Position numbers and translations under genes: made by a program. From Glycera tridactyla (Eukaryota): a DNA stretch of 64,000 nt. Under the pieces are notes generated by a model, which was given only the letters and a program-made list of their open reading frames with translations, was not told the DNA's origin and did not search any database. Location: the NCBI GenBank assembly GCA_965644265.1, contig OZ286474.1, forward strand, positions 7,688,001-7,752,000. Reading direction: 5' to 3'. Shown in pieces: positions 13,421 to 25,944 of this stretch (the stretch's first letter is position 1; each line of letters begins with the position of its first letter).

Positions 13421-14432
13421 CATGGNNNNNNNNNNNNNNNNNNNNNNNNNNNNNNNNNNNNNNNNNNNNNNNNNNNNNNNNNNNNNNNNNNNNNNNNNNN
13501 NNNNNNNNNNNNNNNNNNNNNNNNNNNNNNNNNNNNNNNNNNNNNNNNNNNNNNNNNNNNNNNNNNNNNNNNNNNNNNNNNNNNNNNNNNNNNNNNNNNN
13601 NNNNNNNNNNNNNNNNNNNNNNNNNNNNNNNNNNNNNNNNNNNNNNNNNNNNNNNNNNNNNNNNNNNNNNNNNNNNNNNNNNNNNNNNNNNNNNTGTGAT
13701 TGAGTTAGACCGGAAGTGAGTGAATCCAACATGTCAGCGGCCAGGAAGTGGCGCGATGCAACATGTCTACACTTGGCCATGGCTCATGTTCGGGTTTACG
13801 AAAGCGATATACGAGGTCAACGTAAACCTGAACGGTCGTCAAGTGGACCTATCCGACATTTCAGACACACCTCTACCACGCCAACATGAACCTGGTGAGC
13901 TTTGAGTGTGCATATCCATCCATGTAACTACCTGGAAGCTGACACGCAAACTGTACAAATGCAAGAGATTTATAATGTATACTCTCTAAAAACACGCAGA
14001 CTATTCGAAATGAGCCTGTCCATCACCGGGAGCTATCTACATCCCATCCGGGTGATTAGAACTCACAGGTTTGTATTTGAGGTGGTTGAGAATATAAAGT
14101 TAGGCGTGTATGGCTGTTCTACTAGGTGGAGACATCAATCCTACTGACATATTAAAGCATCCATCACAACCACACAACAGCTGCCACCCAGTCTCAAATG
14201 ATGCTGGTGGCCCAGATGTAATGATGATAGGTGAGCTCATTCAAGACTCCTCCTCAGTCCTCAACGGAAAGTGAACAATGATGAAAGACACAGACACTCA
14301 AGATGTTATTCATGACCCTGCTCTCCCCCCCCCCCCCCCATTCCGCTTGCTGGCTCCCCTCCTCCACCCCTGATTCTCCTCGCGACGACAACGAGGAGGA
14401 CTATGACGATGATGATGATGCGTCATTTCTGG

Positions 14433-14945
14433 TACAGAGAGACAGACATAAGAGACAGAGACAGACATGAGAGACAGAGACAGACATAAGAGACAGGGAC
14501 AGACATAAGAGACAGAGACATACATAAGAGACAGAGACAGACATAGTAGACCGAGAGAGACATAAGAGACAGAGACAGACATAGTAGACAGAGAGAGACA
14601 TAAGAGACAGAGACAGACACGAGAGACAGAGACAGACATGAGAGACAGAGACAGACATAAGAGACAGAGACAGACATGAGAGACAGAGACAGACATGAGA
14701 GACAGAGACAGAGACAGACAAAAGAGACAGAGACAGACACAAGAGACACAGACAGACATAAGAGACAGAGACAGACATGAGAGACAGAGACAGACATAAG
14801 AGACAGAGACAGACATAAGAGACAGAGAGACATAAGAGACAGAGACAGATATAAGAGACAGAGAGAGACATAAGAGACAGAGAGAGACATTAGAGACAGA
14901 GACAGACATAAGAGACAGAGACAGACATAAGAGACACACAGAGAG
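14433..14945. repeat. ~19-bp GA-rich minisatellite (gagacagagacagacataa)n
   Basis: Directly visible; produces spurious LCLSLSLMSV ORFs. Confidence 0.95.
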
Positions 14946-14959
14946 ATGGACAGGGAGAT

Positions 14960-15035
14960 GTTGTTTGAGGTTTAACGGCATGTATCAACCAAAACGATTA
15001 TGTATGCCGTATGTTCCTGGTCAATGAAATGTAAC
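14960..15035 (-). repeat. Short dispersed repeat (SINE-tail-like), copy 2
   Basis: gtttaacggcatgtatcaaccaaaacgattatgtatgccgtatgttcct aligns with 5978-6030. Confidence 0.5.
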
Positions 15036-18000
15036 GCCACGTTTTTGATGCCGTGATGTTAGTTAGAATGACATGAACAATATAGGGATTTCAGTTAGTG
15101 AAGTTCGCGGAATTTCTCTTTTGAGGCCCACGGCACTAGTTTTCCCCTATCAGGATTGTATAAATTCCTTTCTACACCGGAGATACAAGATATTTTCACA
15201 TGTATTAGTTGAAAAATATGTGTGATCCCGTTAGTTTCCTAAAGACGGATGCTTTATCTGAAAGGCTGTTGGCATGACAACTAGTACTCGAGTTATGCGC
15301 GGTAGACTCGCCGTACTCGGTGGGTGCCCTGCTTGCAGTGTTAGTAGGTGTAAACAGGAAAACTTGGATATCTCTGTGAATAATGGACGTAGGAAGGCCA
15401 TATTTTGATATGATATGTATCTGAATTGGGGCTAAAGATATCTTCAAGATAGGAAAAATATCTCTTGAAGCAAAATAGTTAGTAAGAGGTGAATGCCGTT
15501 TAGCGGGCGGTTTTTCGCCGTTAGCGTCGACCACACAGTATAGTGAACGGCTCCCAGAGTCGGCGAAGCTCGGAGTCGCGCAGGAGGAAATAGACAGGTA
15601 ATAGACATGGAATAGACATGATTTCTTAGAAAGCTCGTCTGATATTGATCTGTGTTAGTCACAAGCGAATACATTCTGGGTATCTGACTTGGAATTTTTG
15701 TCCTGAAGAGTACGCACCAGAGCTGCTGGAGTCGGGGAGTTCTGCCATCTATACCCTCTCCAAGTTCGCTGCCTTGGACTTAGAAATGGACTCCAATACA
15801 AAACGCTAGCTTGTTTGATAAATGTAAGTTTTTGAAGTGATTAGAAGCTGTTTTAGGATCTTTTAGGAGGCTTTATTAGGGGACATTGTCCATATTCGCT
15901 CCAATAGCCATTTTAGTATCATGCCATTTCATGTCATCAGATCTTCCATGTTTTGTTTTGAATGCATCGATTTTCGAGCATACGTGGTCAAAAATCTATA
16001 TTTTGCATATTTTTGGATGATTTTGGATGCTAGAATTTTTCTCCATAAATGCCGTTCAGATCCAAAATGATTAGCTGATAATTTTCATAATCTATGGCAG
16101 TTCAAGTTGTTTCTGTTAATGTGGGACAAGTGGAACTGCATGGAACTAGGCCGTGTTCCTCCAGTATTGTTCCCGGTACAGTACGCCAGTATGGGTGGAA
16201 CAGGGCTATACAAGAATTGGTGAAAAATGTATTTTATGCTTGGACTCACTGAATCCTCCGGGTGAGGGAAGCTGTGTGTATGAACCGCTTAAACGTCTCA
16301 ATATAGTACCTATGTCTCAGATCCAAATCGTTAAATAATATCTTGGATTCCTGTGTGACGGAGTTGATCGAATCATTCAAAATTCAATTATTCACATGAG
16401 AATTCCAAATAGGAATACATATGTGAAAGAAATATTTCTGTAAGATCATTTTCAGTTGAAATAACAACAGAGACGACTGTTTATTTTCTCTCTGGATCTG
16501 TGTGTTTCAGACCCCAGCAACTCTACCAGTCCATGTAGACAGAGTTGAAATGAACATGTCTAGCTTGGTATGACAATAGCAGTTCGATGTCATGTGTACT
16601 AATTAGGTCACCGCTCAGGTGAACTTTTGCTGCTGGTTTCGTAAATAGCACACACCGCTGATCTGTTTTCTTTAGCTTCCCTAAACATATGAATAGAGAT
16701 CCAGTCAATCTTTTCATTTTCCGGTGAATTTTTTATTGAAAACTGTATTTTCATTGAGACGGCTTGTTCAGAGGAGGTAATACTCAAACGTCATTCATAT
16801 GGTGTGGAAATCTGGAAATTTTGGATGGTTAACCAATCGATTAATCGATTGATCGACTGATCAAATATGCTTGAATTTCAGTTTTCTGAATCTATTTCGG
16901 TTTGTAATGCTTGTTTGTTTAACGGTTAAATGCTAGACTGATGGTATTTCAATTTCTAAGATCACAAATGTCTTATATGTCACTTGCAGATCCGATGGTG
17001 TGGTTATGGTGCTCGTATTTGTAATAGACACGATGAGGAGACGACAAACCGAGGCTTGTTTTGTTTACACGGAATGGCTGCTTGTGATTCTTGTGCCCGG
17101 CCTGAATTTAGACTTTTCGGAGAAGGTCCACTCTGATAAGCTTGATTTCTGTCCTAAGCGTGATATATCCTAAGCACGGACCCGCCCGTCCTAAGCTTGC
17201 TTAGTCTTGTGGCATATCCCTAAGTCCCATGACCTACTTTTTGAGTAAGACCTCTGTATTGAGACCAACCTGTCACTTGTGACCACTTTCGTGATTTTGG
17301 GTCTATATGATCGATGACTTGACGTTGAATTGTGCTTTTGAAGGAAATACTTGTGAAATGATTTTAGACCATCAAAATGCGTCATGAATAAGCTGCTAAA
17401 TGCTTTCATTTGAGCTCCGAAATACTTTCTGAGCGTTTCTGAAATGAACAGCTGTTCTCTGTCTGATCGGTCAGATGTAAGCAATCCGCCATTTTGGATT
17501 TCCATCCGCCATTCTGATGAGCCTCACTTTGAGCTTCCGATCCACTTTACACTTTTCAACAGGTTTGAAACTTTTTCACTTCGGATAAAAAGCTTTTAGC
17601 TACTTTAGAATTGATCGGAATTGCTTCTCGGTACATGCGGATTGCTTTTTTAGAACTTCAGTGTGCTGGCTTTACCGCTATTTGTGATTTGACACCAAGA
17701 ACTTTGCGCGTTGACTGAAACCTAGCGCTGTGCTTACCTGGCTTATACATGGTCTTACCCTGTGAGCGCATTGGTGTTTGTGGTTTCTGACACATGGGAC
17801 TGCATATAAATGCATTTCGCTCTCATATTTCTGGAATTTCATGACTAATTTCGACTTTAGGCATTACCAAATGGCTTGTAATGAGTTGAAATTGGGATTT
17901 GGTAAATTTTGGAATTCAAACTCAGCATGGACTTGGTTGATCGGAACTTAGACCCCGCTGTTATGGCAGCTGTGACTTAGCGCGTTCCGGTCTATGTTAG

Positions 18001-20756
18001 GTAGGTCATACTCACAGTGATTGGGAGGGGGGAACTTGTGTTGTTTTCAGATCTTGCCCCTTGCTTCGGTGAGTGGTATCTTTATCTGACTCTGTCTATA
18101 GAGACCACCTGTTCTGAATAGATTAATTTCTCTATTATGAAATTCTTAATTTGGAATTTATTCAAATTTTTGAATTTGATTTGGTGAGATCTTAACTATT
18201 TTGATTTTGAAAAGCGTGCTTGCTCTTTCCATGCAGACAGTTGGACTTCAACTCTTTCACTGTATTGCTGCTGCATCATGATCCCAGCTGACTGAGAGAG
18301 GATTTGGTGTGTTCACCTTTCTAGTGCATTCCCAGTGAACTTAGCTCTCTCTGATACAGCTGATGATATTTTAATGCCTTTTTACATTAATTGATTAACT
18401 TAGTTGGCTTGGTTCCTGCTCTGTTGATAATGGCTTAGTGCATTGAGATTTCTTTTCAACGGTGATACTTGCTGATTGATCACTGGTAGTTTGTAGCTTA
18501 AATTCTTGCGCTATTTAGTTAGTGGGGAATAAAGTGGGATCCTGCCTTGCAAATGCAACGTAACTAAGTGCACGCAACAAACAAAAAACATTTTAAAGTT
18601 GTTTAAAGATATTATATTAAATGGAATTTTTCTCTTTATGATACTTGGACATTGTGGTAGGAGATTTTTTTCTGTCTTCTTGCAGCGACCATCGTGTCTG
18701 AGATGTCATAACTGGAGAGGTGCGTACTCTTCAGGCCACTCTTATCCCTGGTCGCCCGATCCAGGCTTAAGGATGCAGCTATTCAACAACTTCGGAAGTC
18801 TACGATATGCATTAGCTGCCATGGGGAAGGTGTGACTGGCACACTTATTCCACCGGTGATGTGTGGACGTTGATTGCCTTATACGGTGAGATGTGTTTGT
18901 CTGGCATCATGGATACGGATACGTTTTCTTAGAGGAATGGAATAATCCACTCATTTCATCCTTCTACGTCTTATATGCGTTCTAGTGATCACTACACCAC
19001 GCTATCAGCTGAACATGCATTTCACATTCGTGATTCGTCATCACACTTACATCTAGGTGGCCACCAATATTATTAACTTTAAAAGTTCGATACTTCATTG
19101 TGGGTCTTTAACCCTGACTTCTGAGTTATAATTTCTGCAGTGCACTAACAATCTAGACACAGTGTCTTTGACTATGTTCTGATTCCAGCTGTCCACAGTG
19201 GCCCCTTCTCAAGGGCTCAAGTCGTCGTTGGATAACAGTTACAAATATGCATATGCACAGGTTTGAATTCAGACATGAACACTCTGGGTGGAAATAATTG
19301 TTATTTGCAATGATGTATCTCTATCTGAATGATCTGTCATGAGTATCTAGCGTATTTGTGTACTATGAGGTTATTACTTCTTGTTTCACTGATATTTGAG
19401 GTTATTATGAATTCTAAATCATTGGTCATATGATTTATTTGACTCAGATTTGAGTGGTATGAATTGAACTTACTTATTGAATTGTGGGTACTATTGACGA
19501 TTGTCAATCGAGTATCATTATGTCATATTCAATATGGTTTCATTCTAAATATATTCTGCCATTTACTTCTATTCATGTGATATTATACAAAATAAATATT
19601 TATCTACAACTCCATCTCTGTGTCCTTACACTTTTGTGCCAGTAATTAAGTTCCCTGTATGAATGATGAGATGGCTTAATCGATTCAGTTATTTCAAATG
19701 AGCTTGGTGAACAATTGGACTCAACATGTAATACTGATCACGCTTTTAACATCTTTTAGACTTGACGTATATTTTTGTGAACATAATCCACAGGAGCAAT
19801 GCCATCTATTTAGATATTGGGGTAAATGGGACAAATTCCCGGTTAGTCTGTAACATTGCTTCCTGCCTGTTCTTGATAATGGGGATTATATCAGAATGTA
19901 ACTTCTAGCCAAAGTTGCATCTTAAGGAAGAGGAGGGAATACTCCTACAAGCCTGTCGGATGACTGGTGAAATCTCATTGTCAAATTGGAAGGATTACAG
20001 AAAGATAATGATTTGTCCCCTGCAGGCATCCTTTACGCAAACCCTGAACACAAGATGATGATGAATCTGAGAGGTTGTCAAGTGGAAGTAACCGACAGTT
20101 CATACACACCTGTACCTACTCAACATGACCAAACTGAATCTAATGATGGCATATCTTAACTATGTAACTGGCTTGAAACAACGAAAAGCATTAGATTTGA
20201 AGTATACTCATCCAATGTGTGCCCTATATTCGCTCTATTTACTCAGAACTGCTCTGTCTGAACCCGCTTTTTGCATAGTGACAGTATCTGCTACAGGCAC
20301 ATCGTCAGCTACTTACACCATGGGCCATTTTGCTGAAGGAGTAAGAAAGAGCTTAAATAGAAAAGATGGGGAGAAAAATGAACCTGGTAATTGTGTAATT
20401 TTGGTAGGAAACGCCTGGAGACAGATGACAGAAAATCTGAAAGTATGTTTTCATTCAACCCCATACACCAAATGCTATTGAGAAATACAGAAGGGATAAT
20501 GCAAACACCTACACTTCAAAGTGAATGCCCGCGCTCATTGGTGACTGTCATCTATAGAGACCCTGGACTCCCACCCTAGCCACTGAGACCCACCCACTGA
20601 CCTGGGCGGAGATGAGTAGGATATGATTGAGACAATGAGGGGATGATAGGTGAATTGATATCGATAATGAGGTCAGCTATCGGAAAATACCGACATTGTC
20701 TCATGATCCGGCCTTGTAAGCAGATTAGCCAGGTATAAGGATCAACGTCTTCAGAG

Positions 20757-21987
20757 TGAGTTTAACCCTCGATTACTCACATTGAATGATGATCTCTCCC
20801 ACATATCAGTCACTCTCATGCAGGTGGGTTTAACCCTCGATTACTCACATCGAATGATGATCTCTCCCATATGGTCACCCTCATGCAGGTGAGTTTAACC
20901 CTCGAATACTCACATCGAATGATGATCTCTCCCATATGTCAGTCACTCTCATGCAAGTGGGTTTAACCCTCGATTACTCACATCGAATGATGATCTCTCC
21001 CATATGTCAGTCACCCTCATTCAGATGAGTTCAACCCTCGAATACTCACATCGAATGATGATCTCTCCCATATGTCAGTCACCCTCATTCAGATGAGTTT
21101 AACCCTCGATTACTCACATCGAATGATGATCTCTCCCATATGTCAGTCACCCTCATGCAGATGAGATTAACCCTCGATTACTCACATCGAATGATGATCT
21201 CTCCCATATGTCAGTCACCCTCATGCAGATGAGTTTAACCCTCGATTACTCACATTGAATGATGATCTCTCCCATATGTCAGTCACTCTCATGCAGATGA
21301 GTTTAACCCTCGATTACTCACATTGAATGATGATCCCTCCCATATGTCAGTCACTCTCATGCAGATGAGTTTAACCCTCGATTACTCACATTGAATGATG
21401 ATCTCTCCCATATGTCAGTCACCCTCATGCAGGTGAGTTTAACCTTCGAATACTCACATTGAATGATGATCCCTCCCATATGTCAGTCACCCTCATGCAG
21501 ATGAGTTTAACCCTCGATTACTCACATTGAATGATGATCTCTCCCATACGTCAGTCACCCTCATGCAGATGAGTTTAACCCTCGATTACTCACATTGAAT
21601 GATGATCTCTCCCATATGTCAGTCACCCTCATGCAGATGAGTTTAACCTTCGATTACTCACATTGAATGATGATCTCTCCCATATGTCAGTCACCCTCAT
21701 GCAGATGAGTTTAACCCTCGATTACTCACATCGAATGATGATCCCTCCCATATGTCAGTCACTCTCATGCAGATGAGTTTAACCCTCGATTACTCACATC
21801 GAATGATGATCTCTCCCATATGTCAGTCCCCCTCGTTCAGGTGAGTTTAACCCTCGATTACTCACATTGAATGATGATCTCTCCCATATGTCAGTCACTC
21901 TCATGCAGATGAGTTTAACCCTCGATCACTCACATTGAATGATGATCTCTCCCATATGTTAGCCACCCTCATGCAGATGAGTTTAAC
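20757..21987. repeat. 68-bp tandem array, ~18 copies (resumes at 22475-22535)
   Basis: Unit gagtttaaccctcgattactcacattgaatgatgatctctcccatatgtcagtcaccctcatgcagat; period 68 measured (21301, 21369). Confidence 0.97.
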
Positions 21988-22474
21988 AATTCAATTCAAT
22001 TCAAAACTCTTCATTTTCTCCGTATCCATACAGGACAGAGGTAACTACATGAAAATAAAGTATCTATATCACATATAAAAGTATCTACATTACATACATA
22101 AAAAGAGACCAATGTAGTATCGATCATTTGATCAAGTATATACTCTTTCCATATAGAACATACAAAAGCAGGTTGTGCACACATACACACACACACACCC
22201 GCACACACACACACACACGCGTCAACATACCCTAAGACATCTCTGGGTACCTGCAATCATATGCATTCATACTCATATCCACTCACACCCATACACACAT
22301 GTGCACATATACAGATCAAAAAGTGAGCCAGGCATGAATGAAGGACCTGAGTCTGCCATCGTTATCCCGTGGAGCCAGTGGTATCTTCTAGCACCTTGAA
22401 GCCTTCAGCGCAGAACTTACCCAGGGCTAGAGCTACCTGTTTGGAAGGGGCCTTCAGGGTTTGACAAAAAAAAA
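21988..22474 (-). mobile_element. 5'-truncated LINE 3' end inserted in the 68-bp array, TSD TTTAAC
   Basis: (TTGAA)n tail on minus at 21988-22003. Minus translation KQVALALGKFCAEGFKV resembles an ORF2 C-terminus. TTTAAC at 21982-21987 and 22475-22480. Confidence 0.75.
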
Positions 22475-23000
22475 TTTAACCCTCGAATACTCACATTGAA
22501 TGACGATCTCTCCCATATGTCAGCCCCCCTCATGGCTCGTGACTGACGGGTTGGTTGGTTGGCTGATTGTTTGATGCTCCGTGAGCTTCACATGGGCTAT
22601 ATCCAAATGTTCATGCAATGGGCAAGATTAGGCTCAGGATCTGTGCTAATAGTCCAAGAATTTCCACCTCGGATCACCCATATTTCAAATGAGTTTTGAG
22701 GGTTTACACACAAAAGAAAGGGCACATCATTTTGTTCAGCTTGACAGGTAATGTTGGGGTGACTGAGATTTCCATAGAGTTTCCATGACACAAGAGAATG
22801 AAGATATCTGTGGAAATTTGCCATTGAATATTGTTGAATCTACAAGGGGATTCAAGTAGCCCCCATATGGCTCGTGTAGGGCCTAGTATCTGAACATAAT
22901 CACATGCAGCATTCATATTCATCCGCCAAATAGTGGAACATGTGATTTCAGAGAGTTTGGTTGCGATGGCGACATCGGCCATGGATTCATAAAAACAAAA

Positions 23001-23410
23001 CCATCTGATGTGAAATCCCAGCCATATAAGATATATGCATATATTACCAACCTTAGGACGAGTGGCGTCATCATGCTTCACACCATCTGATGTGAAATCC
23101 CAGTCATATAAGATATATGCATATATTACCAACCTTAGGACGAGTGGCGTCATCATGCTCCACACCATCTGATGTGAAATCCCAGCCATATAAGATATAT
23201 GCATATATTACCAACCTTAGGACGAGTGGCGTCATCATGCTTCACACCATCTGATGTGAAATCCCAGCCATATAAGATATATGCATATATTACCAACCTT
23301 AGGACGAGTGGCGTCATCATGCTCCACACCATCTGATGTGAAATCCCAGCCATATAAGATATATGCATATATTACCAATCTTAGGACAAGTGGCGTTATC
23401 ATGCTCCACC
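23001..23410. repeat. 82-bp tandem array, ~5 copies
   Basis: Unit starts ccatctgatgtgaaatcccag at 23001 and 23083. Confidence 0.96.
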
Positions 23411-23519
23411 ATGTGTCATTGCTTGGCTCATAACGCACCAGATATCGCATTATTGACATGTCGCAACAAGAATGGTAACATGGGTTATATTGAAACATGA
23501 AACATACAATGTTCATGGG

Positions 23520-23935
23520 CGATATCTCTGACCTCGGACTCGGCACAGGTTTGACTGTGAAAACCGCCACAACCAGCACATGGAGGGCGGGAGCTAAGAA
23601 TATCCGTACCAGTCATGGCAGAAGAATGTTGGGCATCGCTGCTTGGGGGATGCTAGAGTTTGCTAGGTGAATCTGTTGCTGAGAGCTATATAAGGAGCAG
23701 GGTACGGAGCCCCCATGTGTTTGATGAAATTCTACAATATTGTAAAGGGGGATTGAGAAGCAGATCTGTCTGGACATTCATAATGTGCGGTCGTGTATAA
23801 CTGATGTTGGATCAAAAGCCATGTCAATCCTACCTACAAGCCTTGTCTACTGTGTTTCAAGAAGGATCGATTAAAACAAGATGGCCTATATGGTTGTTCT
23901 GGCTACAGTGGTGCAGAGTGTGGCATGCTAGCAGG
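23520..23935 (+). repeat. Dispersed repeat, inverted homologue of 54212-54805
   Basis: Shared blocks such as atctgttgct..gagctatataaggagcagggta and gccttgtctact..gattaaaacaag align with the reverse complement of 54212-54805. Confidence 0.85.
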
Positions 23936-23936
23936 C

Positions 23937-24160
23937 CCCTGTGAGAAGTGATTGGGAATCCCCCAGTCTCGAGAATCAGGCTCCTGTGAGAAGTGATTGG
24001 GAATCCCCCAGTCTCGAGAATCAGGCTCCTGTGAGAAGTGATTGGGAATCCCCCAGTCTCGAGAATCAGGCTCCTGTGAGAAGTGATTGGGAATCCCCCA
24101 GTCTCGAGAATCAGGCTCCTGTGAGAAGTGATTGGGAATCCCCCAGTCTCTAGAATCAGA
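23937..24160. repeat. 45-bp tandem array, ~5 near-identical copies
   Basis: Unit ctgtgagaagtgattgggaatcccccagtctcgagaatcaggctc; period 45. Confidence 0.97.
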
Positions 24161-24474
24161 ACCGTACAAGTAACCAGTCAAGCCAGATAGAGCATGTGCA
24201 GCCGCTACCTTGAGATAGTAACAGTGTCCGCAGTCTCCGACAGTCACACGGACAGATGAACAGACGTGACGAACATGGCCAAGTTGTGGATCATTGCTAA
24301 TTGCTGATCCTGCACTAATGAGCTAATTGATGTCATTATACACTTATACACTTGATCGATACATTTGTCGTATCGACCGTCTTTGAGCCAAACGTTGGGT
24401 GTGTGTGTGTGGGGGGGGGGGGGGGGGGTGAACCCAATGTGAGAATATCAACAGGAACCAAATCTGGTCCTCGT

Positions 24475-25929
24475 ACAGCTGGACCCAGACCGTCTTCTGG
24501 TGATATACCTGTTGCCATGATACAGCTGGACCCAGACCGTCTTCTGGTGATATACTTGTTGCCATGATACAGCTGGACACAAACCGTCTTCTGGTGATAT
24601 ACCTGTTGCCATGATACAGCTGGACCCAGACCGTCTTCTGGTGATATACCTGTTGCCATGATACAGCTGGACCCAGACCGTCTTCTGGTGATATACCTGT
24701 TGCCATGATACAGCTGGACACAAACCGTCTTCTGGTGATATACCTGTTGCCATGATACAGCTGGACCCAGACCGTCTTCTGGTGATATACTTGTTGCCAT
24801 GATACAGCTGGACCCAGACCGTCTTCTGGTGATATACTAGTTGCCATGATACAGCTGGACCCAGACCGTTTTCTGGTGATATACTTGTTGCCATGATACA
24901 GCTGGACACAAACCGTTTTCTGGTGATATACTTGTTGCCATGATACAGCTGTACACAAACCGTCTTCTGGTGATATACCTATTGCCATGATACAGCTGTA
25001 CACAGACCGTTTTCTGGTGATATACCTGTTGCCATGATACAGCTGGACACAAACCGTCTTCTGGTGATATACTTGTTGCCATGATACAGCTGGACACAAA
25101 CCGTCTTCTGGTGATATACTTGTTGCCATGATACAGCTGTACACAGACCGTTTTCTGGTGATATACCTGTTGCCATGATACAGCTGGACACAAACCGTCT
25201 TCTGGTGATATACTTGTTGCCATGATACAGCTGTACACAGACCGTTTTCTGGTGATATACTTGTTGCCATGATACAGCTGGACCCAGACCGTCTTTTGGT
25301 GATATACTTGTTGCCATGATACAGCTGGACCCAGACCGTCTTCTGGTGATATACTTGTTGCCATGATACAGCTGGACACAGACCGTTTTCTGGTGATATA
25401 CTTGTTGCCATGATACAGCTGGACCCAGACCGTCTTCTGGTGATATACTTGTTGCCATGATACAGCTGGACCCAGACCGTCTTCTGGTGATATACCTGTT
25501 GCCATGATACAGCTGGACACAGACGTCTTCTGGTGATATACTTGTTGCCATGATACAGCTGGACACAGACCGTTTTCTGGTGATATGCTTGTTGCCATGA
25601 TACAGCTGGACCCAGACCGTCTTCTGGTGATATACTTGTTGCTATGATACAGCTGGACACAGACCGTTTTCTGGTTATATACCTGTTGCCATGATACAGC
25701 TGGACCCAGACCGTCTTCTGGTGATATACCTGTTGCCATGATACAGCTTGACACAGACCGTCTTCTGGTGATATACCTGTTGCCATGATACAGCTGTACA
25801 CAGACCGTTTTCTGGTGATATACCTGTTGCCATGATACAGTTGGACACAGACCGTTTTCTGGTGATATACCTGTTGCCATGATACAGCTGGACACAGACG
25901 TCTTCTGGTGATATACCTGATGCCATGAT
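24475..25929. repeat. 47-bp tandem array, ~31 copies
   Basis: Unit tgttgccatgatacagctggacccagaccgtcttctggtgatatacc; period 47; source of spurious 578-aa ORF. Confidence 0.98.
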
Positions 25930-25944
25930 GCAATTTCATCAGAT

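Noticed and set aside
14310-14981. Hydrophobic Cys/Leu-rich ORFs
   Set aside because: Translation of the 19-bp GA minisatellite.
18670-18725. Possible short exon (polypyrimidine-AG ... GT, RPSCLRCHNWR)
   Set aside because: No partner exons or homology evidence; such sites arise by chance.
15000-20700. AT-rich region with small ORFs (for example 20125..20481)
   Set aside because: No recognisable motif and no TIR/TSD pair found by eye; left unannotated.
20757-25929. CRISPR-like appearance of the regular arrays
   Set aside because: Units abut with no unique spacers, there are no cas genes, and the context is eukaryotic.
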